From the IMG/VR virus record IMGVR_UViG_3300033143_001932: a stretch of DNA of 64,000 nucleotides; one strand, 5' to 3'. How positions within the stretch are numbered: the stretch's first letter is position 1; the number at the start of each line of letters is the position of its first letter. The stretch is from an uncultured virus (IMG/VR IMGVR_UViG_3300033143_001932). Taxonomy: Duplodnaviria; Heunggongvirae; Uroviricota; Caudoviricetes; Crassvirales. A program made the position numbers and the translations under genes. Of this stretch, positions 8,800 through 19,900 are shown piece after piece. The notes beneath the pieces were generated by a model. That model saw only the letters and a program-made list of their open reading frames with translations. It made no database searches and had not been told where the DNA came from.

Positions 8800-11226
8800 A
8801 TGAAGGAAATAAAAACAATTTTAAATCCAATTAACTTTCCAAATCAACTTGCAACAGATGCGGAAAAAGCAACTGAAGACTACGGGTTAAGAATAGGTCA
8901 AGCTATTCAGTATGAATGGTTTAAGAGAGATGGACAGTCGTGTAGGTATTGGAGTAGATGGATGGAGTTTAATAATAGACGGCTCTATGCTAGAGGAGAG
9001 CAAAGTATCGCTAAGTATAAAAAAGAATTCGCAGTTGATGGGGATATATCTTACTTAAATCTAGACTGGACTCCAGTTCCTATTATTCCTAAGTTTGTAG
9101 ATATTGTAGTTAACGGAATGAGTGACAGGCTTTTTACTGTTAAAGCTTTTGCTCAAGACGCTTTAGCTGCTGAAGCTAGAAATGCATATCAAGAAAACAT
9201 TGAAAAAGACATGGTTGCAAAACCATTGTTAATGCAAGCAGACGAACAATTAGGAGTGGATATTTTTAACACACCTAAAGAAGATTTACCCGAAAGCTCG
9301 GAAGAGCTACAGCTCCACATGCAACTTAATTATAAGCCAGCTATAGAAATTGCTGAAGAAGAGGGGTTGAGTACGATTTTTGAAATGAATCATTATGAGG
9401 ATATTCAAAAAAGAACCAATTATGATATGAGTGTCATAGGTATGGGTGTCAATAAGCATTCATTTTATCCAGGAACGGGTGTAAAAATTGATTATGTAGA
9501 CCCCGCTACTTTTGTGTGGAGCTACACAGAAGATCCTTTCTTTAAGGATTGTTTTTATTTTGGAGAAGTAAAGCAAGTTCCCTTAACTGAGTTATTGAAA
9601 ATAAAGCCTGATTTAACTAGAGATGAATTAAAAGAAATTCAAGAACTGGGGTCTGCGTGGTTTAATTATTATGGAATGATTAGACCTTACATGAATGATT
9701 TGTTTAATAAGGATGTGGTTACATTACTTTATTTTAATTACAAAACATTTACCAATGTAGTTCATAAGAAAAAGAAGAAAGAGAATGGTGGCGACAGGGT
9801 TATATTAAGAGATGAAGGATTTAATCCGCCAGAAGAAACGGAAAACTTCTCTAAAATTCACCAAAAAGATGAGGTGTGGTATGAAGGTATAATGGTAATG
9901 GGTAGTAGTTATTTACTTCAATGGGAAATAGCTGAAAACATGGTAAAACCTGATTCTGCCACTCAAAGAGTAAGACCAAACTATGTGTTGTGTGCTCCAA
10001 GAATGTATAAAGGAGCTATTGATTCTTTAGTTAAAAGAATGATACCATTTGCGGATTTGATTCAAATGACACACCTGAAACTACAACAAGTAATTTCTCG
10101 AGTGGTGCCAGATGGTATATTCATAGATGCTGATGGATTAAATGAAGTAGATTTAGGAACGGGCGCTGCTTACAATCCAGAAGACGCTCTTAAGTTGTAT
10201 TTTCAAACGGGTAGTGTTATTGGTAGAAGTTTTACTCAAGATGGAGAGTTTAATCATGGGAAAATTCCTATTCAAGAACTAGGAACAAGTAGTGGCCAAC
10301 AAAAAATGGCCGCTTTAATTGGTAACTACAATCATTATCTAAATATGATAAGGGACGTGACCGGACTTAATGAAGCTAGGGACGCCTCTACACCTGATCC
10401 TAATTCGTTAGTTGGTCTACAGAAATTAGCAGCCCTTAACTCAAACACTGCTACTAGGCATATATTGGACGCTAGTTTATTCATTACTAGGACATTAGCT
10501 GAAGATTTATCTTGTCGTATTTCTGATATATTAGAATACGCTTCATTTAGAAATCAATTTGCTAACCAGATAGGTAAAAATAATGTAGCAATCTTAGAAG
10601 ATATAAAAAATCTTTACCTACATGACTTTGGTATTTTCATTGAAGTGTCTCCAGATGAAGAACAAAAATCTCAACTTGAAGCTAACATCCAAATGGCTCT
10701 TAGTAGAGATCAGATAGATTTAGAAGATGCAATTGATATTAGGGAGGTTAAAAACCTAAAAGTAGCTAATCAGTTACTTAAGTTGAAAAGAAAAAGAAAA
10801 GAAGAAAGGGATCAAGCAAGAGAAAATGAGAAAATGCAAATGCAAGGAGAGGTTAATCAACAATCTGCTCAAGCTGCGGCATCTGCTAAAATGGAACAAA
10901 TTCAAGCTCAAGCTCAAGCTGATATTCAAGTTCAAGAAATGGAGGCTGCTTTTCAAATTAAAAAAATGCAAGGAGAGGCTCAATTGAAAAAAGATTTAAT
11001 GAAGGTAGAGTTTGAGTATAATATGCAACTAAGAAAGGTAGACTCAGACAACATTAAAGGGAGAGAAGAGATGAAAGAAAAGGCAAAAGATAAAAGAATA
11101 AGCTTAAACAACTCTGAACAATCTCAACTTATTGAACAAAGACAAAATAAAGGACAGCCTAAGAATTTTGAATCTAATGAAGATAGTTTAGATGGTTTTG
11201 ATTTTTCTGAATTTAATCCACGTTAA
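8800..11226 (+). CDS. portal protein
   Basis: 808 aa directly after TerL; PIIPKFVDIVVNG and IRDVTGLNEARD motifs; Q-rich coiled-coil C-terminus. Confidence 0.85.
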   Translation: MKEIKTILNPINFPNQLATDAEKATEDYGLRIGQAIQYEWFKRDGQSCRYWSRWMEFNNRRLYARGEQSIAKYKKEFAVDGDISYLNLDWTPVPIIPKFVDIVVNGMSDRLFTVKAFAQDALAAEARNAYQENIEKDMVAKPLLMQADEQLGVDIFNTPKEDLPESSEELQLHMQLNYKPAIEIAEEEGLSTIFEMNHYEDIQKRTNYDMSVIGMGVNKHSFYPGTGVKIDYVDPATFVWSYTEDPFFKDCFYFGEVKQVPLTELLKIKPDLTRDELKEIQELGSAWFNYYGMIRPYMNDLFNKDVVTLLYFNYKTFTNVVHKKKKKENGGDRVILRDEGFNPPEETENFSKIHQKDEVWYEGIMVMGSSYLLQWEIAENMVKPDSATQRVRPNYVLCAPRMYKGAIDSLVKRMIPFADLIQMTHLKLQQVISRVVPDGIFIDADGLNEVDLGTGAAYNPEDALKLYFQTGSVIGRSFTQDGEFNHGKIPIQELGTSSGQQKMAALIGNYNHYLNMIRDVTGLNEARDASTPDPNSLVGLQKLAALNSNTATRHILDASLFITRTLAEDLSCRISDILEYASFRNQFANQIGKNNVAILEDIKNLYLHDFGIFIEVSPDEEQKSQLEANIQMALSRDQIDLEDAIDIREVKNLKVANQLLKLKRKRKEERDQARENEKMQMQGEVNQQSAQAAASAKMEQIQAQAQADIQVQEMEAAFQIKKMQGEAQLKKDLMKVEFEYNMQLRKVDSDNIKGREEMKEKAKDKRISLNNSEQSQLIEQRQNKGQPKNFESNEDSLDGFDFSEFNPR

Positions 11227-11244
11227 TCTTAAAAAAAAGTTTAT

Positions 11245-11252
11245 TATCTTTG
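11245..11252 (+). promoter_or_regulatory. -7 promoter element TATCTTTG
   Basis: intergenic, upstream of scaffold and capsid genes. Confidence 0.7.
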
Positions 11253-11272
11253 TATAACTTAAATATAATATA

Positions 11273-12349
11273 ATGGATAAAATACAAGTAAAAATAGTAG
11301 ATGACACTATAGAAGATAAAGGGGTTCAGCAAATTGAACAAGAGTTGGTAGATAAACACAACAAAGAAGTTGCTGAAGCTAATGAAGAATTAAAAGAAGA
11401 AAACCCTGAAACGGAGGGTATAAATGACGTTGACGTTCTTTCATATATTAAAAATAGATACGATAGAGATATCAAATCTATTGATGAGTTGTTTGACGCG
11501 AGACAACAAAATGAAGAGTTACCAGAAGATGTGGCTAGTTTTTTTCAATTTAAAAAAGAAACAGGTCGAGGAATGGAGGACTTTTTAAAAGCGCAACAAG
11601 ATGTAGAAGATATTTCAGATACTGATTTAATTTCTAATTATTGGAGCGACACTCAACCTCACTTAGACGGAGAAGATATAAAATTTGAATTTAATAATAA
11701 ATTTGGATTTAATCCGGATGAAGATGATGAGTCTTTTGTAAGGGAGAGAAAAATCGCTAGAAAAGCAGAACTTGCTAAAGCTAAGAAACACTTTAAAGAG
11801 CTTCAAGATAAATACAAAACACCTTTATTTGAGTCAAATACTGGTGAATTTACCTCGGAAGATCACAAAGAATTTCTAGCTTACAAGGAAGCTCAAAACC
11901 AAGCACGCACCCAGCAAGAAGAAAGAAGCCGGTATTTTACCGAAAAAACTAATGATGTTTTTAATGATGAGTTTGAAGGTTTCAACTTTACTATTAATGA
12001 CAACACTTTTTCATATAAACCGGGGGATGCTAATAAAATGCGTGAATCACAATCTGATTTACAAAATTTTATGAAGCAACATTTAACTGATGAAGGGTAT
12101 ATTGCAGACGCTAGAAAGTATCATAGAGCCTTAGCGGCAGCTATGAACCCAGATGCATTTGCAAGATATTTTTACGAGCAGGGTCAGTCGGATCAAGTTA
12201 CCGAATCAGCTAAAAGATCAAAAAACATTAACATGGGAGATGATTTAAGGCGATCACCACAAGGAAAAATTTCTAGTGGTTTCAAGGTAGCAAGTGTTCC
12301 TACTAGTCACGGTAATGGGCTACGAATAAGAAGTAAAAATAAAAACTAA
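11273..12349 (+). CDS. putative capsid scaffolding protein
   Basis: acidic helical 358 aa between portal and capsid genes. Confidence 0.7.
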   Translation: MDKIQVKIVDDTIEDKGVQQIEQELVDKHNKEVAEANEELKEENPETEGINDVDVLSYIKNRYDRDIKSIDELFDARQQNEELPEDVASFFQFKKETGRGMEDFLKAQQDVEDISDTDLISNYWSDTQPHLDGEDIKFEFNNKFGFNPDEDDESFVRERKIARKAELAKAKKHFKELQDKYKTPLFESNTGEFTSEDHKEFLAYKEAQNQARTQQEERSRYFTEKTNDVFNDEFEGFNFTINDNTFSYKPGDANKMRESQSDLQNFMKQHLTDEGYIADARKYHRALAAAMNPDAFARYFYEQGQSDQVTESAKRSKNINMGDDLRRSPQGKISSGFKVASVPTSHGNGLRIRSKNKN

Positions 12350-12367
12350 AATTTAAAATTTAAAATT

Positions 12368-13789
12368 ATGGCATTAAATGTACCAGGGTTTCAATTAGAG
12401 CCCTCAGCGGAGAAAATCGCTACTGCCTCAAATTATATCACAGATTTTAATTTTATGAATCAGTATTTACCTGATACATACGAGAAAGAATTTGAGAGAT
12501 ATGGTAATAGAACGATTTCGTCCTTCCTTAGAATGGTTGGCGCTGAAATGCCTACTAACTCTGACCTTATTAAATGGGCGGAACAAGGTAGGTTACACAC
12601 CAAATATGAAGGTTGCACTTTTGGCGCGTTTGCGGCAGGGCAACAAACTTTTACTGTAGCAGGTGGTGCAAATTGCAACTTTAGAGTTGGACAAACAGTA
12701 ATGTTGTCTTCTGAGCAAGTAGCAAGTGAATCAGCAAAAGCACTAATCGTAACAGCAGCTTTAAATTCTTCAACTTTTACAGTGGCTTACTACGATGCTT
12801 TGGTAGCGAGTCCTTTTACAGGGGCTACATTAGGAGTTACTGCTTTCGTTTATGGTTCTGAGTTCCGACAAGGAACTGCCGGAATGGAAGATTCTTTAGA
12901 GGCTCAAGATGAGTTCTTTGACAACAAACCAATTATCATTAAGGACAAGTACATTGTATCTGGTTCTGACATGGCTCAAATTGGTTGGGTTGAAATTACA
13001 ACAGAGAACGGAGCAAACGGATATCTATGGTATTTGAAATCAGAACACGAAACTAGACTTCGTTATGATGATTATCTAGAAATGTCAATGATTGAAGGTA
13101 TCCCTGCTGAAGCGGGATCTGGAGCAGCAACTGCATTAAATGCAACGACAGCATATCCAGCTGGTTCGGTATTGGATGTAGGCGCGGGTACGCAAGGTCT
13201 TTTTGACGCTGTAGAACAACGTGGAAACGTATGGACTGGAGCTGGACCTGTTGCTTTAGCTGACTGGGATACAATTGTAGACCGTTTAGATAAGCAAGGA
13301 TCTATTCAAGAGAATGTAGTGTTTGTTAATAGAGATTTCGGTTTTGACATAGATGATATGTTAGCTGCTCAAAACTCTTATGGCGCAGGCGGTACTTCTT
13401 TTGGACTGTTTGATAATGATGAGGAAATGGCTCTTAATTTAGGTTTTACAGGGTTTAGAAGAGGTTACGACTTCTACAAAACTGACTGGAAATATCTAAA
13501 TGATATTACTTTAAGAGGTGGTCTTGTTGGTGGTAAAGTTAATGGAATTATGGTTCCAGCTGGCTCTACAACTGTATACGATCAAGTTTTAGGTAAAAAC
13601 GCTAAGAGACCATTCTTACACGTTAGATATAGAGCTTCAGAAACTGAAGACAGACGCTACAAAACTTGGTTGACTGGTTCTGCTGGTGGAGCAAGAACAA
13701 GCGATCTAGATGCGATGGAAGTTAACTTCCTATCTGAAAGAGCATTATGTACTTTAGGTGCAAATAACTTTGTGTTATTCAATGCTTAA
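12368..13789 (+). CDS. major capsid protein
   Basis: 473 aa; position after scaffold, IKWAEQGRLH motif, followed by a terminator. Confidence 0.85.
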   Translation: MALNVPGFQLEPSAEKIATASNYITDFNFMNQYLPDTYEKEFERYGNRTISSFLRMVGAEMPTNSDLIKWAEQGRLHTKYEGCTFGAFAAGQQTFTVAGGANCNFRVGQTVMLSSEQVASESAKALIVTAALNSSTFTVAYYDALVASPFTGATLGVTAFVYGSEFRQGTAGMEDSLEAQDEFFDNKPIIIKDKYIVSGSDMAQIGWVEITTENGANGYLWYLKSEHETRLRYDDYLEMSMIEGIPAEAGSGAATALNATTAYPAGSVLDVGAGTQGLFDAVEQRGNVWTGAGPVALADWDTIVDRLDKQGSIQENVVFVNRDFGFDIDDMLAAQNSYGAGGTSFGLFDNDEEMALNLGFTGFRRGYDFYKTDWKYLNDITLRGGLVGGKVNGIMVPAGSTTVYDQVLGKNAKRPFLHVRYRASETEDRRYKTWLTGSAGGARTSDLDAMEVNFLSERALCTLGANNFVLFNA

Positions 13790-13809
13790 TTAGATTTCTA
13801 ATATAACCC

Positions 13810-13840
13810 AAAGCCCCATGTAATGTGGGGCTTTAATTTT
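13810..13840 (+). terminator. intrinsic terminator after capsid gene
   Basis: AAAGCCCCA-N7-TGGGGCTTT hairpin plus T-rich tail. Confidence 0.7.
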
Positions 13841-13861
13841 AATACAATAAAATATAATATA

Positions 13862-14611
13862 ATGAAACCAAAAAAATTTACACCTCAAGATAGGATTTAT
13901 CGTCTTAAGACAAAACAAACTCCTTTAGCGCTATTAATCGACACAGGAAGCGCAAAAAAGAAACCCCTCATTGTGTGGGATGAAGAAAAACAAGAAAATA
14001 GAGCTATTCGTTACGCAGCTAATCAACGTACATGTTATGTAGATGAGCAAGATGGAAATGCTGTTTTATCACCTATTATTTTTGAAGATGGTTTTTTAAT
14101 GGTCCCTAAAACCAATCCAGTCTTACAACAGTTCTTGCAAATGCACCCAAGAAACAATTCATTGTTTGAAGAGGTTAATGAAGAAGCTAATGCTAGTGAG
14201 GAATTACACTATATGGATATGCAAGATGAGGCTAGGCAAATAGCTAAAGACTTGACTATAGATCAAACCGAAATGATTGCTAGAATTTTAATGGGAAGTG
14301 AAGTAGAAAACTTAAAAAGCTCAGAATTAAGGAGAGATGTTAGGTTGTACGCAACTCAAAATCCAGGAGAGTTTTTAGAACTTTTAGATGATCCAGACAT
14401 TAAATTAGAAAACGTAGTAGCTAAAGCATTAGATGGTAGATATATCGCTTATAGAAACAACAAAAGAGATATTCACTGGAACTTAAAAGAGAATAAAAAA
14501 AGACTCATAACGGTACCTAAAGATGTAGAGCCTAACAGAGCTTTAGTGTCTTATTTATTATCTGAAGAAGGGGAAGAAGCTTTAACTATACTTGAAAAAT
14601 TAGTTGAATAA
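13862..14611 (+). CDS. hypothetical head-associated/assembly protein (start probably 13862)
   Basis: the ORF-track start lies inside the terminator; ATG 13862 has an A-rich leader. Confidence 0.65.
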   Translation: MKPKKFTPQDRIYRLKTKQTPLALLIDTGSAKKKPLIVWDEEKQENRAIRYAANQRTCYVDEQDGNAVLSPIIFEDGFLMVPKTNPVLQQFLQMHPRNNSLFEEVNEEANASEELHYMDMQDEARQIAKDLTIDQTEMIARILMGSEVENLKSSELRRDVRLYATQNPGEFLELLDDPDIKLENVVAKALDGRYIAYRNNKRDIHWNLKENKKRLITVPKDVEPNRALVSYLLSEEGEEALTILEKLVE

Positions 14612-14617
14612 TTTTGT

Positions 14618-14625
14618 TATCTTTG
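14618..14625 (+). promoter_or_regulatory. -7 promoter element TATCTTTG
   Basis: intergenic TAnnTTTG match. Confidence 0.65.
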
Positions 14626-14655
14626 TTAAATATTAATAACTAAAAACTTTTAAAA

Positions 14656-15159
14656 ATGTCTAATTATATTTCAATACCTGTTGCCGCATCACCAGCTTCT
14701 GGAACAACTTCAGGAACATCCGCTGATCAATTAGTTGATGCAGGGCAAGATTTTTTAACCTCAGTCACTGTAGGTGATGTAGTGTGGAACACCACTGATG
14801 AAACATCAGCTATTGTTACTAATGTAGTAGATGATGATACGCTAGATCTTTCTGATGATATTATGGTGAGTGGAAATACTTTTATCATATTATCTCCTAC
14901 CGAAGTGGCTTCTAGTCAACTTGTGAACGGTGAGTTAGTTGTTTTAGTGGTTGCGTCTAGCACTATTGAAACAGTTCTATCTCTAGGTACAGCAGCTAAC
15001 AACACTGTAACTATTGCACACGCTCCTAACGCAAACGCAGCGGAACTTATTCAGGACGCTATTTTAGCTCCTAAACAAAACACTAGACCTTACCAACCTA
15101 ATGCTTCAGTAGAAGGTGGTTCAGATGGTCTATTAGTTGAATCTATAGCTGTAAGTTAA
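14656..15159 (+). CDS. virion structural protein (possible capsid decoration)
   Basis: 167 aa, S/T/V/D-rich; has its own promoter and terminator. Confidence 0.6.
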   Translation: MSNYISIPVAASPASGTTSGTSADQLVDAGQDFLTSVTVGDVVWNTTDETSAIVTNVVDDDTLDLSDDIMVSGNTFIILSPTEVASSQLVNGELVVLVVASSTIETVLSLGTAANNTVTIAHAPNANAAELIQDAILAPKQNTRPYQPNASVEGGSDGLLVESIAVS

Positions 15160-15201
15160 TTGTTTGCCTGTATTTAATTAGGCATTTTGTAATGGCAATT
15201 C

Positions 15202-15238
15202 AAGAGAAGGGCACTCCAAAAAGAGTGCTCTTTTTTTT
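15202..15238 (+). terminator. intrinsic terminator
   Basis: AGGGCACTC-CAAAAA-GAGTGCTCT hairpin followed by a T-run. Confidence 0.75.
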
Positions 15239-15240
15239 GT

Positions 15241-15248
15241 TATCTTTG
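15241..15248 (+). promoter_or_regulatory. -7 promoter element TATCTTTG
   Basis: immediately after the terminator and before the tail genes. Confidence 0.65.
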
Positions 15249-15264
15249 TAGGAAATGATTCCTA

Positions 15265-16062
15265 ATGATAAATGAAGTCCGTAATACAGTCCTAGCTCTT
15301 CTTAATAAAAACAACAATGGATACTTAACTCCAGAAGAGTTTAATTTATTAGCCAAGCAAGCTCAGTTAGAGATATATGAAGCATACTTCTATAACTATA
15401 ACGATTGGTTAAATAAACGTAACGCTAGAGTTTCTAATAGTGAATCAGCAGATATTGCTAGAGGATACATAGAAGTAATAGATGGTTTCAGAGAACCTAA
15501 TGTACAATTAACTAAAGGGCTTTTAGGTAACGGATACTTTGAACTACCTAATAACTGGTATACTGTAGATGATGTTTATTTAGACCCTACAGGATTAGGT
15601 GTTAATTTTGAATCTTTTGTTCAAGCTGATAGAGTGAGCGCTACTAAAGCTTCTAGACTGTTAAGGTCTAACCTAACTACTCCAACTGTTGAATACCCTA
15701 TTTATTTTATGGCTGAGGACACTAACAATCCCCAACCAGGAAACACCACTGAAAGTGGAATTAAATTTTATCCTATTTTCTTAAGCGATGGTGTAACACC
15801 AGTTGACACAGGAGATGTATATATAAACTATGTAAGATATCCTTTGGACCCTAAGTGGACTTATCAAAGTATAGGTGCGGATGGGGATCCTATTTTTGAT
15901 CCAAATCAACCTGATTATCAAGATTTTGAAATACCTCTTGCTGATTTCATAGGTTTGGTTATCAAGATTTTAGAATACTCAGGATTAGTTATTAGAGAGC
16001 AAGAAGTTATGGCTTTCGCTAACTCTGAGGATATGGAAATTACACAACAAGATAATAGCTAA
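15265..16062 (+). CDS. tail ring/adaptor (head-tail connector) protein
   Basis: LLNKNNNGYLTPEEFNLLAKQAQLEI motif resembling ring proteins of Bacteroidota podoviruses; position. Confidence 0.65.
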   Translation: MINEVRNTVLALLNKNNNGYLTPEEFNLLAKQAQLEIYEAYFYNYNDWLNKRNARVSNSESADIARGYIEVIDGFREPNVQLTKGLLGNGYFELPNNWYTVDDVYLDPTGLGVNFESFVQADRVSATKASRLLRSNLTTPTVEYPIYFMAEDTNNPQPGNTTESGIKFYPIFLSDGVTPVDTGDVYINYVRYPLDPKWTYQSIGADGDPIFDPNQPDYQDFEIPLADFIGLVIKILEYSGLVIREQEVMAFANSEDMEITQQDNS

Positions 16063-16982
16063 TGGCATATATAACCGCATATCAATACTATACTAATGGA
16101 GGTGTAGCACCCACTAATGCAAATTGGGGGAGCTATCAGTACGTTTCACTTAAAGACATTGTAAACAATTTTATGTTAATGTACCAGGGTGATGACAAGC
16201 TTCTAAATAACGTAAGCAAACATTTAGTTTTATTTCACGCTAAACGAGGGATACAAGAATTAAATTATGATGCTTTAAGAAGTATTAAGGTTTTAGAATT
16301 AAGCGTCTGTCATGATTTGAAGTTTATTCTTCCTCCTGATTATGTTAATTATGTAAGAATATCTTTAGAAGTGGGTGGCATTTTATATCCACTGCATGAA
16401 AATTCCCAAGTTAATTACGCTACAGCTTATTTACAAGACAACAATTGTGAGGTTCTTTTTGATATTGATGGAGATGTGTTAGAGGCTGAAGAATCTGAAT
16501 TAGTCAAAGCTAGGATTGAAGGGGTGTCTTTACAGCAATACTTATTAGCTGGACCTTATTACGGTAGATGGGGCTGGTGTTTAGATGGTTGTTGGTATTT
16601 TGGATACGGAGTGGGCGGATATTTTGGATTAAATACAGCCGAAGCTAATGTTAACCCTTCTTTTAGAATAGATAAAGCTGGAGGAGTTATAAACTTTAGT
16701 TCCGGGGTTAGAGATAAATTAGTAGTCTTAGAATATATTTCAGACGGAATGGAAAATGGAGATAACGCTAGTGTCACTATTAATAAACTAGCTGAAGAAT
16801 TTTTGTATAGCTATATTAGATGGGCTATTTTAGACAATAAAATAGGCGTTCAAGAATATGTAGTGAGAAGGGCTAGGAAAGATAAATGGGCTACTTTAAG
16901 GAACGCAAAAATAAGATTGAGTAATATTCACCCTGGCAGATTATTAATGCCTTTACGAGCACGTGATAATTGGATTAAATGA
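16062..16982 (+). CDS. tail ring/tubular protein
   Basis: 306 aa with LPPDYVNYVRIS and VLEYISDG motifs; position. Confidence 0.65.
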   Translation: MAYITAYQYYTNGGVAPTNANWGSYQYVSLKDIVNNFMLMYQGDDKLLNNVSKHLVLFHAKRGIQELNYDALRSIKVLELSVCHDLKFILPPDYVNYVRISLEVGGILYPLHENSQVNYATAYLQDNNCEVLFDIDGDVLEAEESELVKARIEGVSLQQYLLAGPYYGRWGWCLDGCWYFGYGVGGYFGLNTAEANVNPSFRIDKAGGVINFSSGVRDKLVVLEYISDGMENGDNASVTINKLAEEFLYSYIRWAILDNKIGVQEYVVRRARKDKWATLRNAKIRLSNIHPGRLLMPLRARDNWIK

Positions 16983-19900
16983 AATTAACTAGAGGATTTA
17001 TAGCCGGCATTATGAATAAAGACCTGGATGAGCGATTGCTCCCTCCTGGTCAATATAGAGATGCTTTAAATGTAGGAGTTTCAACGTCAGCAGAATCTGA
17101 CGTGGGAGCTATTGAAAACCAATTAGGCAACACTAACATGTCTAATTTAACGTTAGATCCTAGCGCTGTAACAATAGGAGCTGTATCTAACGATTCTGAT
17201 AAGAATATTTATTGGCTGGTTTCTTCAGACACCTTTGATTACGTTTTTAGATATAATGAAGATTTAAATCTAACAACCACGCTACTTCAAGACACTAAAG
17301 GGAGGTTATTAAATTTTGATTCCGCATACTTGGTAACAGGTATTAATATCATTAATGATTTATTATTTTGGACCGACAACTTAAACCCACCTAGAAAGCT
17401 AAATGTAACTAGAAACTATTTAGTAGACGGTTTTGAGGAAGACGACATCTCAGTAATTGTTAAACCTCCATTATTTGCTCCTATAATAAATATGGGAAGC
17501 ACGTTGCCTGTAGGTGGAGCAGGGAATATAACCGGTCAAGAAAACAACTTAGAAGAAACGTTTGTTGAGTTTTCTTATAGGTATAAGTACCTAGATAATG
17601 AGTATAGCGCCATGGCTCCTTTTTCCTCAGCCGCTTTTAATGCCTCTGTTTATCAATATGATTATGCTAATTGGTATTTAAAATCTATGACGAATGCCAA
17701 TAATTTGGTGAACATAACTTTTAGAGTAGGGGGTCCCCAAGTAAAAGAAATACAACTATTATTTAGAGAATCCCAAAGCACTAATGTATATGTAGTAGAG
17801 TCTTATGACTATAGCGCGCCATTTAATTGGGATTTCGGAGACAACGCGCAGGCGGGCGCCTACGCAGCCGCAGTAGCCTTAACTACTTCTTTCCCTGGAA
17901 ATGTGGCATTTACAACCCAACCGGGGTTTGGCTTTGGTTTATCAGGAGAAGGTATCCCAGATAGTTATGAAGTTGGTGACACTGTTTTCATTGATCAAGA
18001 TCCAGGTTTTACTCATGCTTCATACAATGGAGAACACATTATTGTAGAGATTATAGATAGGTATACTATTGTTATTGATGTATTATTCGCAGGCGCTACA
18101 CCTGTGGAGTCGGGTTCAGTAACCCTTGAAACAAAAACGATTGAATTTGTCAATAATAAAATATATACCGTTTTACCTTCAGATGAGTTGGGTAGGCTGT
18201 TTGATAACGTCCCATTAAAGGCTTTAGGTCAAGAATTGATAGGTAGTAGATTGGTGTATGGAAATTATGTGCAATTTTTTGATTTAGTGAATCAAAACAA
18301 TGAAGCTATAGCTTTAGATTTTGACCTATATTTAGAATCTAGAGCGGTAGGAGGTTTGCCGGAACGAACTTTTAGAAGCGATAGAGATTATGAAATAGGT
18401 ATTTGTTATTTAGATAGTTATGGCAGAATGACTACTGTATTAACTGCTCGCGAAAACAATCTTTATATTTCTCCCGATAACTCTAATTCAGTTAATGATA
18501 TTCAAGTATACATTAATAGTCCAGCTCCATCATTTGCTAGCCATTATAGATTATACATTAAACAAGCTAAAGGAGATTATCAAAACATTATACCTTCCTT
18601 TTTTGTACAAGAGGGTTTAAAAAGATGGTTTCAAATTGGCCCCGGAGATATAAATAAAGTAAAAAAAGGGGAATATCTTATTTGTAAACACACTCCAGAA
18701 GGACCCACTTTTAGTAATACTCAATATAAAGTTTTAGACATTGAGTCCAAGCCAAAGGATTTTTTAAACATACCTGGCACGCCTCAAACAGCGGGGGTTT
18801 ATTTTTGCATTAATGACCCTTCGGGCTTATTTAATACCGCTAGTTTAGATATTTACGCAACTACAAATAGTAGTGTTGGTGGACCGGTAGGATTTGCGAA
18901 TTTGGGTAATATTTTTTATAGTCAAATAGATAATCCCATATTTTACGGGCAATCTACCACGGCAGACCGCGTAAAAGTCGTTGCTGTCCCTGGAATTGCA
19001 GCTAGTACAGCTCATCAGTCAGCACAATACAAAGCCTTCAGAATTAAACTTACTGTAGTTAATGGGGCGACTAATGAATTTAAGTATGAATTTATGTCTC
19101 AGGAGGGAGCTTACTCCAACCCCTTAATGGTAGATACTTCGCTTAGTTCTTTCACACTAACAATGTCTAATAATCCAGCCGCCCCTAATATTTTTTATAA
19201 CATAACAGTAAATTCAGTAGGGGCAGTAATCTATGGTGATCCAGTTGCCGCGGTTGTGTGGCCAGATTTACCTAACTCTTATTTAACTAACGACTATTTT
19301 ATCATTAACGTACACTCGGAAGAGGCTAAATATACTCTTGATAATAACCTAAATGAAACCCAAGGGAGTGTCCCTGTGCCAGCCACCACCTTTTCCAATG
19401 TAGGATACCCTAAAGACAAGGTAATACAAGCGGGCGCGCAGATTACTTTTAAGTTAACACATCACAGGTCTACTGGAGAGAATTATGAGGATCCCGCCCA
19501 GGTGTTTATCTCTAGCAAAGAATATCTAAATTTAGAAGAATGGTTTTGGGAAGATCAAATTTATAGTGCGTTTAATAATCTAACTCCAGAGGGAACCTCC
19601 GGTGGATTTGGAGGGAATCAAAGCAATACAGGTGCAAGTTTAATAAGTTTTGCTCGAGCGTGGGCGACAGGTGTGAACTCAAGTGGAAACACTTATGATG
19701 TGTGGCAAAGTAACACTTCTGGACCCTTTAGTGGTTACGCTAATTGGAATGAACTTTTAGTATCTGAGGGAAGTATTTGCATGAGAATTGGGACTCCGAT
19801 AAGTGCTCTAAACGCTGGTACTGGAGTTGGTTGGTCTTTAACTGTTACTTTTGAAGTTATACAAACCCCAGGGTTGACAGTATTTGAAACCCTACCAGCT

